Shown here: positions 13,821 through 24,054 of the stretch, piece after piece
Position numbering within the stretch: position 1 is the stretch's first letter
Layout of the letters: every line of letters begins with the position of its first letter
Source of the DNA: an uncultured Alphaproteobacteria bacterium
GTDB lineage: Bacteria; Pseudomonadota; Alphaproteobacteria; CAZZKF01
Direction: 5' to 3'
Assembly (NCBI GenBank): GCA_964654995.1
Contig: CAZZKF010000004.1
Coordinates: 1 to 62,583 of the forward strand
Length of the DNA stretch: 62,583 bases
The notes under the pieces: model-generated
The model's database searches: none
Seen by the model: the letters and a program-made list of their open reading frames with translations, nothing else
Told to the model about the DNA's origin: nothing
Position numbers and translations under genes: made by a program

Positions 13821-15653
13821 ATGAGTTTCCACGCCGACAGCGATTCGAATCCCGGCACGGCCCATACGCGCACCGTGCGCGTGCTGCTGCCCTATCTGTG
13901 GCCGGCCGGCGCCTGGGGACTCAAGGTCCGGGTGGTGGTGGCGATGGTGCTGCTGGCGGCGGCCAAGGGCATCACCGTCTATGTACCGTTCCTCGGCAAG
14001 GCGGCGATCGATGCTCTGGACCCCAAGGTCACGCCCGCCATCTATGTCCCGGTCGCCCTGATTGCGGCCTATGCCCTGGCCCGCATTCTGGCCCGGGCAT
14101 TCGGCGAGCTGCGCGACGTGGTGTTCGTGCGGGTCGGCCAGCATGCGCTGCGCACGATTGCGCTGGAAGTCTTCCGCCATCTTCACCGGCTGTCCCTGCG
14201 GTTTCATCTCGAGCGGCGCACCGGCGGGCTGTCGCGGGCCATCGAGCGGGGCACCCGCGGCATCGATTTCCTGCTCCGCTTCATGCTGTTCAGCATTCTG
14301 CCCACTCTCATCGAGATCGTTCTGGTGACCGGGGTGATGCTGGTCAAATTCGACTGGCGGTTCGCGCTGATCACGATTCTGTCGGTGGCCGGCTTCATCG
14401 TCTTTACGCTTTTGGTCACCGAATGGCGGACCAAATTCCGCCGCGAGATGAACAAGCAGGACTCGGCCGCCAACACCAAGGCGATCGACAGCCTGCTGAA
14501 CTACGAAACGGTCAAATATTTCGGCAACGAGGCCCATGAGGCAGCCCGCTTCGATGAGGCCCTGGAGCGCTATCAACGCGCCGCGGTCAAGAGCCAGACC
14601 AGCCTGGCGCTGCTCAACGTCGGTCAGCAGACGATCGTCGCCCTGGGCCTGGCCGTTGCCCTGATCCTCACCGCGGCCGGTGTCGTTGGTGGGCAATACA
14701 GCATCGGAGATTACTTTCTTATCAATAGCTTGCTGCTCAATCTTTACACACCGCTCAACTTTCTGGGCTTCGTTTACCGGGAGATCAAGCAGTCGCTTGT
14801 CGACATGGAACAGATGTTCGAGCTGATGGCCCGGGGCGAAGAGGTCGCCGATCCTCCGGGTGCGCGCCCGCTCGAGGTGACGGGCGGTGAGATCGAGTTC
14901 GATGATGTCCACTTTCGCTATGAACCGGACCGCCCGATCCTGCACGGCATCAGCTTTCGCGTGCCGCCCGGCAGGACGGTGGCGATCGTCGGGCCCAGCG
15001 GCGCCGGCAAATCGACGATCTCCAGGGTTCTGTTCCGCTTCTACGACATCGAAAAGGGGGCGGTGCGGATCGACGGCCAGGACATTCGCGAGGTGACTCA
15101 GGCGAGCCTGCGCGCCGCCATCGGCATCGTTCCCCAGGATACCGTGCTGTTCAACGATTCGATCCGCTACAACATCGAATACGGCCGTCCCGGGGCCCCG
15201 CGCGAGGACATCGAGCAGGCGGCGCGCCTCGCCGCCATTCACGATTTCATCGAAACCCTACCCAAAGGCTACGACACGGTGGTCGGCGAGCGCGGGCTGA
15301 AGCTGTCGGGCGGCGAAAAGCAGCGCGTGGCGATCGCCCGCACTATCCTCAAGGACCCGCCGATTCTTTTGTTTGACGAGGCGACCTCGGCGCTCGATAC
15401 CCATACCGAGAAGGAAATTCAGGCGGCGCTCCGGCAGGTCTCGCGCAATCGCACGACCCTGATCATTGCCCATCGCCTGTCCACCGTCGTCGAGGCCGAC
15501 GAGATTCTGGTGCTCGACGCGGGGCGCATTGTCGAGCGCGGCCGCCACCAGGACCTTCTGGCTCTGGGCGGTGTCTATGCCGCCATGTGGCGGCGCCAGC
15601 AGGAGGCGGTACAGGCCCAGGAGCGCCTTGAGCGCCTGGCCGACGCCCTGTAG
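13821..15653 (+). CDS. atm1: ATM1/HMT1-type ABC transporter (fused TMD-NBD)
   Basis: [40 protein letters not shown]; ATG 13821. Confidence 0.9.
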   Translation: MSFHADSDSNPGTAHTRTVRVLLPYLWPAGAWGLKVRVVVAMVLLAAAKGITVYVPFLGKAAIDALDPKVTPAIYVPVALIAAYALARILARAFGELRDVVFVRVGQHALRTIALEVFRHLHRLSLRFHLERRTGGLSRAIERGTRGIDFLLRFMLFSILPTLIEIVLVTGVMLVKFDWRFALITILSVAGFIVFTLLVTEWRTKFRREMNKQDSAANTKAIDSLLNYETVKYFGNEAHEAARFDEALERYQRAAVKSQTSLALLNVGQQTIVALGLAVALILTAAGVVGGQYSIGDYFLINSLLLNLYTPLNFLGFVYREIKQSLVDMEQMFELMARGEEVADPPGARPLEVTGGEIEFDDVHFRYEPDRPILHGISFRVPPGRTVAIVGPSGAGKSTISRVLFRFYDIEKGAVRIDGQDIREVTQASLRAAIGIVPQDTVLFNDSIRYNIEYGRPGAPREDIEQAARLAAIHDFIETLPKGYDTVVGERGLKLSGGEKQRVAIARTILKDPPILLFDEATSALDTHTEKEIQAALRQVSRNRTTLIIAHRLSTVVEADEILVLDAGRIVERGRHQDLLALGGVYAAMWRRQQEAVQAQERLERLADAL

Positions 15654-15694
15654 AGACGATCCTGGCACGATGTGATCCCGGGGAAGGGGAGAGA

Positions 15695-16414
15695 ATGACT
15701 GACGACACGCAGACCGGGCTTGAGCAGCTCTTGAGCGCCTTGCCGCGCATTCACAAGGAGGGCCACCCGTTCATCCTGACCTTTGCCGTCGCCACCCTGA
15801 TCTTGTTCCTGATCTGGGTGCCGCTCGGCTGGCTGGGGGCCGGACTGACCGCCTGGTGCGTCTATTTCTTCCGTGATCCCGATCGGATCACCCCGGTGCG
15901 CCCGGGCCTGATCGTCGCCCCGGCCGACGGCATCGTTCAGGCCATCGAAAGCGCGCCGCCGCCGCCCGAGCTGGGCATGGACGCGGTGCCGCGGACCCGG
16001 ATTTCGATCTTCATGAATGTCTTCAATGTTCACGTCAACCGTATCCCGGCCGACGGCGAAGTCATCGGTCTCGCCTACCGCCCCGGCAAGTTCCTCAATG
16101 CCACGCTGGACAAGGCCAGCGAGGACAACGAACGCCAAAGCATCCGTCTGCGCATGGCCGTCGGCGACTGTGATCTGGTGGTGGTTCAGATCGCCGGGCT
16201 GATTGCCCGGCGCATCGTCTGCACCCTCGAGGAGGGCCAGAGCGTGATGGCCGGCGAGCGCTTCGGCATGATCCGTTTCGGCAGCCGCCTCGATGTCTAT
16301 CTGGACGCCGGGCTCGAGCCTCTGGTCGTCGTCGGGCAGACGACCGTTGCGGGCGAGACGATTCTGGCCGATATTAAATCCCATGAACCGGCCCGAACGG
16401 GTAAACTCCGCTGA
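15695..16414 (+). CDS. psd: Phosphatidylserine decarboxylase proenzyme
   Basis: [25 protein letters not shown] self-cleavage motif; upstream of pssA. Confidence 0.95.
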   Translation: MTDDTQTGLEQLLSALPRIHKEGHPFILTFAVATLILFLIWVPLGWLGAGLTAWCVYFFRDPDRITPVRPGLIVAPADGIVQAIESAPPPPELGMDAVPRTRISIFMNVFNVHVNRIPADGEVIGLAYRPGKFLNATLDKASEDNERQSIRLRMAVGDCDLVVVQIAGLIARRIVCTLEEGQSVMAGERFGMIRFGSRLDVYLDAGLEPLVVVGQTTVAGETILADIKSHEPARTGKLR

Positions 16415-16459
16415 GCCTGGTCAAGGTGGCGGTCGGCCACAGAGGAAGGACCCGGAACG

Positions 16460-17248
16460 GTGAAAATGCCTCGAACCGAGCGGCGCCTGCGGCCGCTGCC
16501 GATTCGCAGCCTGGCCCCCAACATCCTTACCTTGCTGGCGCTGTCAGCCGGCATGACGTCGATTCGTCTGGCGCTTGACGGGCGCTGGGAACTGAGCGCC
16601 ATCGCCATCATGCTGGCGGCGATTTTCGATGCCCTTGACGGCAGCATCGCGCGGGCCCTCAAGGGCGCCACGAAGTTCGGCGCCGAGCTCGACTCGCTGT
16701 CCGATGTCGTCAGTTTCGGAGTGGCGCCGGCGCTGCTGCTCTACACCTGGTCGCTCAAGGACCTCGGCGGGCTGGGCTGGGTGCTGGCGCTGCTTTTCAC
16801 GGTGTGCTGCGCACTGCGTCTGGCTCGCTTCAACACCAGCCATGACACCAAGGAGCGGCCCGATTGGGCGGTCTACTACTTTCAGGGCACACCGGCGCCG
16901 GCGGCCGCCGGCTTGATCATGATCCCGCTGTTCGTCGAATTTCAGCTCGAGAACGGGGTCTTTCGCTCGCCGGTGATCGGCGGCGCCCTGGTTGCCCTGG
17001 TCTCGTTCCTGATGGTCAGCCGCATCCCCACCTATTCGTTCAAGCGGCTCGGTGTGCGGCGCGACTATGTGCTCCCGACGCTCATCGGAGTCGGGCTGTT
17101 CGCCGCCTTCCTGAGCAGCTATCTGTGGGCCACCGTGATGACCATCGGGGTGATGTATCTGGCCTCGATTCCGTTTTCGGCCAGCGATTACCGCCGCAGC
17201 CAGGCGGCCGCCGAGCGCGCGGCGCTTTCCGACGGCCCGCCACCCTAG
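16460..17248 (+). CDS. pssA: CDP-diacylglycerol--serine O-phosphatidyltransferase
   Basis: DALDGSIAR...GAELDSLSD CDP-alcohol phosphotransferase motif, LRLARFN. Confidence 0.95.
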   Translation: MKMPRTERRLRPLPIRSLAPNILTLLALSAGMTSIRLALDGRWELSAIAIMLAAIFDALDGSIARALKGATKFGAELDSLSDVVSFGVAPALLLYTWSLKDLGGLGWVLALLFTVCCALRLARFNTSHDTKERPDWAVYYFQGTPAPAAAGLIMIPLFVEFQLENGVFRSPVIGGALVALVSFLMVSRIPTYSFKRLGVRRDYVLPTLIGVGLFAAFLSSYLWATVMTIGVMYLASIPFSASDYRRSQAAAERAALSDGPPP

Positions 17249-17272
17249 GCAATACCTGCCGGCGTCGCGCGC

Positions 17273-20200
17273 CTATTCGGCGGGCTGGCCGGCGGCGGCA
17301 GCGTTTCGAGCGCGGCGGCGATGACGCAAGGCGGCGACCTTGCCCTTGATCGCCGCCGGCGCGGCCAGCAGGCACGGGGTCACCACCAGGGTCAGCACGG
17401 TGGCGAAGCTGAGCCCGAAGACGATGGCCAGCGACAAATCCACCCACCAGATCGAATCCGGGTCGCCCACCACCACATGGCGGTTGATCAGATCGATGTT
17501 GGTCGAAAACACCATCGGCAACAGGCCGGTGACCGTGGTGATGGTGGTCAGCAGCACCGGGCGCAGACGCTGGGCGCCGGTGCGCAGGATGGCATCGATC
17601 AGGTCATAGCCTTCGCGGCGCAGCCGGGCGAAGGTGTCGATCAGCACGATGTTGTTGTTGACCACGATGCCGGCCAATGAGATCACCCCGATGCCGGTCA
17701 TGACGATGACGAAGGTGCGGCCGGTAACGATCAGGCCGACCAGCACGCCGACCGTGGACAACACCACCGCGGTGAGGATCAGGAAGGCGTGGTAGAAGCT
17801 GTTGAACTGGGTCACCAGGATGATCGCCATCAGGAACAGGGCGATCAGGAAGGCCTGGCGCAGAAAGGCGCTGGATTCGCGCTGGTCGCGGTCCTGGCCG
17901 GCGAACACCACGCGCACCCGGGGGTCGATCTTAGCCGCACTGGCCAGCCAGGCCTGCAGCTCGCGCACCTTGTTGTCGGCCAGCACGCCGTCGGCGACAT
18001 TGGCCTTGACCGTCATCACCCGGTGGCCGTCGATGCGGGTGATCTTGGCGATCTTGGGCTTCGGCGTTCGGGTGACGAAATTGCTGATCGGCACCATGCC
18101 GCGTGCCGTCTCGACACGCAGCTGATCGAGCTGGTTGATGGTCCGGGCGTCCTCGGGGAAGCGGACCCGGATGTCGATCTCGTCATCGCTGTCGTCGGGC
18201 CGGATTTCGCCGACCTTGATGCCGTTTGTGATCAACTGCACGGCGCTTCCGACCGTGACGATGTCGGCGCCGAAACGGCTGGCCTGGGCGCGGTCGACGC
18301 GCAGCTCCCACTGAATGCCGGGCACCGAGCGGTCATCCTCGATGTCGACCAGGCCGGTCATCTCGCGCTCCATGTGGGTGCGGATCCGGTCCACGGCCAG
18401 CGGAATCAGGCTGGGATCGGCCGAGGATACCCGGATCTCGATGTCCTTGCCCTGCCGCGGTCCGTTCTGGGGCAGGTGCGGCTCGACCACGATGCCGGCC
18501 AGCGACCCGGTCTTCTGGCGCAGTTCGGCAAGGATTTCCTTGGCCGGCCGGCGGCGCTCCCAGTCGACCAGCTCAAGCGTGATGTTGCCGATCAGGTCCT
18601 CGGCCTGGCGATTGCCCGCCGAGCCCGCCTGGGTGGTCGCATAGATGGTGTCTACGCCGTCGATGCCGCGGGCGATCGCCTCGACCTCGCGGACCAGGGC
18701 GTCGCGCTCGTCGATCGACAGATTGCCGCGGGCGTGGACCAGAAGGCGCACCGATGTCGGCTCGCTCTGGGGGAAGAATTCGACGCCCTTGCTGGTCACC
18801 AGATAGATCCCCCAGGTGCCGACAAGCACCACTGCGGCCACCGCCAGCACCCGCAAGGGGCGCCGCAGCAAGCGGCGCAGGGTCCGCACATACCAGCCGG
18901 TGAAGCCGGGAAGGGTGCTCAGATCGCCGTGGCTCGAGGCCGCGACGGCGCGCATCACCGCCGGGTCGGTGGTGCTCGGCCGGCCGATCTTGGCACCCAG
19001 GGTGGGAAGGAAGATCAGCGCCGAAATCAGCGAGCCGGTGAGCGTCACGATCAGGGTCAGCGGCAGGTACCACATGAATTCGCCGACGATACCGGGCCAG
19101 AACATCAGCGGCAGAAAGGCGGCCAGCGTGGTCGCTGTCGATGCCGTGATCGGCCAGGCCATGCGCTTGGCGGCGGTGGCATAGGCGTCGCGCCGGTCCA
19201 GCCCCTCGGCCATTTTCCGGTCGGCGTATTCGGTGACCACGATGGCGCCGTCGACCAGCATGCCGACGGCGAGAATGAGGCCGAACAGGATCACCTGATT
19301 GATCGTCAGGCCAAGGATCGAGAGCACCAGAAAGCCGAACAGGAAAGAGGTCGGGATGGCGATTCCGACCAGTCCGGCGGAGCGCGCGCCGAGCGCCGCA
19401 ACGATGACGATCGCCACCAGAAGAATGGCGCTGATCACGCTGTTCTCGAGATTGTTCAGGCTGGACTTCAGGTCGATCGCCTGATCGAAGGTGTATTTCA
19501 CCTCGACGTTGGGCGGCATCTGCGCCCGCGCCTCCTCGACCTCGGCCCGCACCGTGTCGACGGCCTGGATCAGGTTGGCGCCGGTGCGCTTGAACACCTC
19601 GATGCTGACCGATGGCTTGCCGTTGATCCGGGCGTAGCTGAGGCGATCCTTGAAGGTGCGGCGAATTTCGGTCACGTCGGCCAGCGTCACCACCGCATCG
19701 CCATTGGTCTTGACGGGGAGCTCGAGCACGTCGCGGGCGGTCTCGAACAGCCCCGGCACCTTGATCGCAAAGCGCCCGCGCCCGGTGTCGAGGGTGCCGG
19801 CAGCGACCAGCCGGTTGTTGCGCAGCACCGCCCGGATCAGCTCATCCTGATTGATGTTGTAGCTCTGCAGGCGGGCGGGATCGATGATCACCTCGATCAG
19901 TTCCTCGCGCTCGCCGCGCAGATTGGCCTCCAGAATGCCGGGCAGCCCCTCGATGCGGTCGCGCAGGTCCCTGGCCAGGCGCACCAGGGCGCGCTCCGGC
20001 ACATTGCCGAGCAGATTGACGACGATGATCGGGTCCTGGTTGATGTTGATTTCGTGGACCGTCGGCTCCTCGGTCTCGTCCGGCAGCTTGGCCTTGGCCA
20101 GGTCGACCTGGGCGCGGACGTCGGCAATCGCCTGATCGACGTCGAAGCCGGCATCGAACTCGAGGATGATATTGGCGCCGCCCTCGCGCGCCGTGGCGGT

Positions 20201-20443
20201 CATTTCCTTGACCCCGTCGACATTGCGCAACTCGGTTTCCATCGGCTTGACCAGAAGCCGCTCGGCATCCTCCGGCGAAATGCCTTCGTGAACCATGCTG
20301 ACATAGATGTAGGGGATCGGAATGTCGGGGCTGACTTCCTTGGGAATGCTGATATAGGCGATGGTGCCGGCAATGATCACCACCAGAAAGGCCGACAGCA
20401 CGCTGCGCGAATAGGTCAGCGCCGTATCGATGAAGCGATTCAT
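17273..20443 (-). CDS. RND efflux transporter permease (AcrB/AcrD/AcrF family)
   Basis: 1056 aa, 12-TM RND topology, GMLVDGAIVV and RLRPVLLTT motifs; overlaps MFP gene by ATGA. Confidence 0.93.
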   Translation of the reverse strand: MNRFIDTALTYSRSVLSAFLVVIIAGTIAYISIPKEVSPDIPIPYIYVSMVHEGISPEDAERLLVKPMETELRNVDGVKEMTATAREGGANIILEFDAGFDVDQAIADVRAQVDLAKAKLPDETEEPTVHEININQDPIIVVNLLGNVPERALVRLARDLRDRIEGLPGILEANLRGEREELIEVIIDPARLQSYNINQDELIRAVLRNNRLVAAGTLDTGRGRFAIKVPGLFETARDVLELPVKTNGDAVVTLADVTEIRRTFKDRLSYARINGKPSVSIEVFKRTGANLIQAVDTVRAEVEEARAQMPPNVEVKYTFDQAIDLKSSLNNLENSVISAILLVAIVIVAALGARSAGLVGIAIPTSFLFGFLVLSILGLTINQVILFGLILAVGMLVDGAIVVTEYADRKMAEGLDRRDAYATAAKRMAWPITASTATTLAAFLPLMFWPGIVGEFMWYLPLTLIVTLTGSLISALIFLPTLGAKIGRPSTTDPAVMRAVAASSHGDLSTLPGFTGWYVRTLRRLLRRPLRVLAVAAVVLVGTWGIYLVTSKGVEFFPQSEPTSVRLLVHARGNLSIDERDALVREVEAIARGIDGVDTIYATTQAGSAGNRQAEDLIGNITLELVDWERRRPAKEILAELRQKTGSLAGIVVEPHLPQNGPRQGKDIEIRVSSADPSLIPLAVDRIRTHMEREMTGLVDIEDDRSVPGIQWELRVDRAQASRFGADIVTVGSAVQLITNGIKVGEIRPDDSDDEIDIRVRFPEDARTINQLDQLRVETARGMVPISNFVTRTPKPKIAKITRIDGHRVMTVKANVADGVLADNKVRELQAWLASAAKIDPRVRVVFAGQDRDQRESSAFLRQAFLIALFLMAIILVTQFNSFYHAFLILTAVVLSTVGVLVGLIVTGRTFVIVMTGIGVISLAGIVVNNNIVLIDTFARLRREGYDLIDAILRTGAQRLRPVLLTTITTVTGLLPMVFSTNIDLINRHVVVGDPDSIWWVDLSLAIVFGLSFATVLTLVVTPCLLAAPAAIKGKVAALRHRRRARNAAAAGQPAE

Positions 20444-21522
20444 GTGGTGGCTCCGTTATCGGGGTGCACCTCGACTTTCTGGCCGGCGCGCACGAATTCC
20501 TGGCCGACGGTAATCACCGTCACCCGCGCCGGCAGGCCGGTGACCCACATGCCCTCGGGCTCGTCGCTGACGATGGTGACCGGCTGAAAGCGCACGATTC
20601 CCTTGCCGTCGACGATGCGGATGCCCATCCGGCCCTTGGCATCGAGAACCAGGAGCGCCGGCGAAATCCGGTGGGCCAGGATCTCGCGCGCGGTGATGCG
20701 GATTTCGGCGGTCATCCCGTCGCGCAAGGAATGATCGGGATTGGCGACTTCCAGCTCGACCCGGAAGGTCCGGGTCAGGGGATCGGCGGTCTTGGCAATG
20801 AACCGGACCTTGCCTTCGAGGGTCTTGCCGTCGAGCAACCGGACCTCGCCGACATCGCCGATGTTCAAGTCGCCGACATGGCGCTCGGAGACCTCACCGA
20901 CCACCAGGAACGGGTCTTCATCAACGATTGTCGCGCAGGTCTGGCCCTTTTGCAGATAGTCGCCGATCTCGACCGGGCGGTCGTCCACGGTGCCGGCAAA
21001 GGGGGCGAGGATGCGGGTGTGTTCAAGCTCGACCTGCATCTGCTTGACCTGCGCCCTGGCGCCGTCGAGCAGGGCCCTGGCGGCAGCCACCTGGTTTTCC
21101 GCGCGGTAGCCCTTGGCGGCAAGCTGGACGGCGGCGTCATATTCGATCTGGCGCTGGCGGACCAGGGCCTGGGCCTCGGCGAGGCGGGCCTTGCGGTCAT
21201 CCACTGCCAGCCGGCAGATCAGCTCGCCGGCCTTGACCTGGGCACCTTTTTCCACCGGCAGGGCGACGATCCGGCCATCCGTCTGGGCCTTGAGATCGAC
21301 GCTGCGCAGGGCCTGGGTGCGGCCGCGCAGGACGACGTCGCTGCTGTGCGGAACCGCGTCAAGCGTGCGCACCCGCACCTTGACCAGCGGCGGTGCACCG
21401 GGCGACGGGGCGGCGGTGGCGGAATCGGCGGCATCGTCGTTGCCGCCGCCGATCTGGCCGGTGAGGATCCAGGCGGCAACGCCGAGGGCGATCAGACCGG
21501 CGGTGAGATAGGATTTCTTCAT
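20440..21522 (-). CDS. RND efflux periplasmic adaptor (membrane fusion protein)
   Basis: N-terminal anchor, lipoyl-like and coiled-coil segments, ILAPFAGTV, DPLTRTFRVE. Confidence 0.92.
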   Translation of the reverse strand: MKKSYLTAGLIALGVAAWILTGQIGGGNDDAADSATAAPSPGAPPLVKVRVRTLDAVPHSSDVVLRGRTQALRSVDLKAQTDGRIVALPVEKGAQVKAGELICRLAVDDRKARLAEAQALVRQRQIEYDAAVQLAAKGYRAENQVAAARALLDGARAQVKQMQVELEHTRILAPFAGTVDDRPVEIGDYLQKGQTCATIVDEDPFLVVGEVSERHVGDLNIGDVGEVRLLDGKTLEGKVRFIAKTADPLTRTFRVELEVANPDHSLRDGMTAEIRITAREILAHRISPALLVLDAKGRMGIRIVDGKGIVRFQPVTIVSDEPEGMWVTGLPARVTVITVGQEFVRAGQKVEVHPDNGATT

Positions 21523-21572
21523 GGGACAGGGGGCTCCCCATATGTGTTGGTTTTCAGCCTATGTCGTTTGCA

Positions 21573-22115
21573 TCACTCGGCCGGTTCAACCCGCGCCTTC
21601 AAGGCCTCGATCTCGAGCAGATGACGGTTCTCGCGAATGAACCGGATGGCCGCCTCGTGCACCGCCCGGGCATAGCGCACGGTGAATTCGGCTCCGGCAC
21701 TGAGCGGTGTTTCCAGATACTCCTCCAATCGCGCCAAGACCTCTTCATGACCGGCAAGCCGCTGATCTATAAGCTCGGAAAGTTCGCCAGGCAACAACAG
21801 GTCGCAAAACAGCATCTTGGCAAGAAAATCGGAGCGGAAACGATCGGGCTCGGCCGGCTCGGCCAGCGCCTGGGCGAGCGCCAGGCGACCGCGCGGCGTG
21901 ATCCGGTAGACCTTCTTGTCCGGGCGCTTGTCCTGGGCGAGTTCCGTGCACGATACCAGCCCGTCCTCGGTCAGGCGGCTCAGAGCCGGGTAGATCGAGC
22001 CATAGCTGGCATCAAAAAACGCGCTGAAACAGCCGTTCTTGAGCTGCTTCTGGATCTCGTAGCCGCTGGCCTCTCCAAAGGTCAGCAGGCCCAGACAGGC
22101 GGTTTTGACGTCCAT
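21573..22115 (-). CDS. PadR family transcriptional regulator
   Basis: SGYEI, ASYGSIYPALSRL, RPDKKVYRITPRG motifs; directly upstream of MFP-RND. Confidence 0.92.
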   Translation of the reverse strand: MDVKTACLGLLTFGEASGYEIQKQLKNGCFSAFFDASYGSIYPALSRLTEDGLVSCTELAQDKRPDKKVYRITPRGRLALAQALAEPAEPDRFRSDFLAKMLFCDLLLPGELSELIDQRLAGHEEVLARLEEYLETPLSAGAEFTVRYARAVHEAAIRFIRENRHLLEIEALKARVEPAE

Positions 22116-22167
22116 GGTGTCAGCTGCTCGCTGAGACAGCCTGAATCACTGTCAACTTCCAACGTAA

Positions 22168-22202
22168 ATATATCAGGCCGATATATATCTCAGTTTGATA
22201 TT
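22168..22202. promoter_or_regulatory. Overlapping inverted repeats, putative PadR operator, over the padR promoter
   Basis: ATATATC-AGGCC-GATATAT (22168-22186) and ATATC-TCAGTTT-GATAT (22185-22201); minus-strand TTGCCG -35 at 22210-22205. Confidence 0.55.
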
Positions 22203-22340
22203 AGCGGCAACGTCTTAATTATTGGTTCCTGTACGTGCCGGACACGCCAAAGCCTGCGCCGCCAGGCGAGATATGCGGGCGCATTCGTGCTCCTGATCAA
22301 GTCCGGTTGCATCGTGTTGCCGCTTCTTTAGGATGCCGGG

Positions 22341-23798
22341 ATGACCGTTCAGACCCTTGTACGCGAGGCCGAGGCCTTGCTGCGGGCCGGGCGCCTCGCC
22401 GAGGCCCAACAGCTCTACCAGCGAATTCTCGCCCGCGAGCCTGCTCACGTCGAGGCGCTCGAGAAGCTCGCTTTCATTGCCCGCGCCGCCGGCCGCCATG
22501 CGGACGCCGCCGATCTGTTTCGCCGGCTCTCCCGCCGCCTGCCCGATGAGCCGCGGGTGCTGGTCAATCTCGGCAATGTGCTGATCGAGGCCGGCGACCA
22601 GGAGGCCGGGCTCGAGGTCCTGGGCGAGGCGGCGGCAAAGGCCCCGGATCTGGCGATCGCCCGGTTTTCCCTCGGCTCGGCCCTGTTGCACGCCGGGCGC
22701 CGGGCCGAAGCCGGCGAACATCTGGAATATGCGGCGCGCCACGACGGCGGCCAGGCAGAGGCCTTTCGCCTGCTGACCTTCGCCCGCGACATTGCCCCTG
22801 ACGATGCGCTCGCCGTGATCATGCGTACCCTGCTGGCGCGCCCCGGGCTGGGGCCGCGCGACCGCCTGCATCTCCATTTCGCGCTCGGCGCCGTGCATGA
22901 CCGGGCGGATGATTTCGATACGGCCTTTTCCCACATCGCCATGGCCAATCGCATCCTCAAACGCGATTGCCGGGTGAAGATCGAGCATTACCGCGCCTAT
23001 TTCGAGGATCTCAAGGCAACCTTTACGCCCGAGCTGATTGAGCGTCTGGCCGGACGCAGCGGGCGCACGCGCCTCACGCCCATCTTTATCGTCGGGCTGC
23101 CGCGCTGCGGATCGACGCTGGTTGAGACCATGCTGTCGCGCCACCCCGAGGTCGGCACGGCCGGCGAGGTCAACTATTTGGCCGAGGAGGTGACCCGCCC
23201 GCTGGTTGCCCGCCCCGGTGCGCAGTTTCCCCAATGTCTGCAAGACACCCGACCGCGCGACCTGGCCCGCCTTGGCGAGGCGTATCTGAAGCGGCTGTCC
23301 GGCCATGCGCCGGGCAAGGGCTGCGTTACCGACAAGAACCTGGCGCAGTTCCAGGTCATCGGGCTGATCCGGGTGGCATTCCCAAACGCCCGCATCCTGC
23401 ATGTGAAGCGCGATCCGCGTGATGTCGGCTGGTCGATCTTTCGCAATTTTTTTCCCGAAAACCTCCCCTTTTACTGCGATCTGGAGGATTTCGGACGCTA
23501 TCACCGGCTGTACCGCGACCTCATGGCCTTCTGGCAGGACCTGTGCCCGGACCTGATTTGCGAGGTGTCCTACGAGGCCCTGGTCGGCGACCCGGAAGCC
23601 GAGATGCGCCGCATCCTCGCCTTCCTCGGGCTCGACTGGGACCCGGCCTGTCTGGAACCGGAGGCCGCCACCCGCCCCATTCGCACGCTCAGCGCGGTGG
23701 CCGCCCGCCAGCCGGTCACGACCGGCGCGGTGGGTGGCTGGAAACGCTATGAGCGCCATCTGGCACCGCTGCTTGGCGCGCTGGGAGCCGAGGCCTGA
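22341..23798 (+). CDS. TPR-repeat sulfotransferase family protein
   Basis: N-terminal TPR helices; PIFIVGLPRCGSTLVE PAPS loop, TDKNL, RDPRDVGWS, YEALVGDPE motifs. Confidence 0.9.
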   Translation: MTVQTLVREAEALLRAGRLAEAQQLYQRILAREPAHVEALEKLAFIARAAGRHADAADLFRRLSRRLPDEPRVLVNLGNVLIEAGDQEAGLEVLGEAAAKAPDLAIARFSLGSALLHAGRRAEAGEHLEYAARHDGGQAEAFRLLTFARDIAPDDALAVIMRTLLARPGLGPRDRLHLHFALGAVHDRADDFDTAFSHIAMANRILKRDCRVKIEHYRAYFEDLKATFTPELIERLAGRSGRTRLTPIFIVGLPRCGSTLVETMLSRHPEVGTAGEVNYLAEEVTRPLVARPGAQFPQCLQDTRPRDLARLGEAYLKRLSGHAPGKGCVTDKNLAQFQVIGLIRVAFPNARILHVKRDPRDVGWSIFRNFFPENLPFYCDLEDFGRYHRLYRDLMAFWQDLCPDLICEVSYEALVGDPEAEMRRILAFLGLDWDPACLEPEAATRPIRTLSAVAARQPVTTGAVGGWKRYERHLAPLLGALGAEA

Positions 23799-23833
23799 AG
23801 ATGAGGGGACGGGAATCGGTGCGCTCGGGGGAC

Positions 23834-23907
23834 TGGCTGGGGGAGCAGGATTCGAACCTGCACTGGCGGAGTCAGAGTCCGCTGTCCTACCGTTAGACGA
23901 TCCCCCA
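23834..23907 (-). tRNA. tRNA-Gln (anticodon CTG)
   Basis: Reverse complement folds as cloverleaf: TGGGGGA/TCCCCCA acceptor (U1-A72), GCGGA-CTCTGAC-TCCGC anticodon arm, GGTTCGAATCC T-loop, encoded CCA. Confidence 0.97.
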
Positions 23908-23928
23908 GGGGCCAGCATTCAGAGGCCG

Positions 23929-23958
23929 AACATAGGGACCGGCCGACCCGCTTGTCAA
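23929..23958 (-). promoter_or_regulatory. Putative sigma70 promoter of tRNA-Gln (TTGACA-N17-CTATGT)
   Basis: Perfect -35 and alpha-type -10 about 20 nt upstream of the tRNA 5' end. Confidence 0.6.
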
Positions 23959-24054
23959 CCGCGCGGGCGGGCATGGCGTCACGCTCATGAAGTTGCTAGA
24001 ATTCGCCCCAAGTGGAAGAAAGATGAGCGGGCGAGGGGCCCCGGATTTAAAGAT

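Noticed and set aside
23800-23907. tRNA-Gln as an integration site for the sulfotransferase/RND block
   Set aside because: No duplicate of the tRNA 3' end, no integrase, and flanking genes have host-like codon usage
23734-24054. N-terminal extensions in the ORF track (ppx from 23734, also recA 4624, LysM 11203, der 35160, gmk 55750, alr 44440)
   Set aside because: They overlap upstream genes, the tRNA or promoters; downstream starts with RBS match family N-termini
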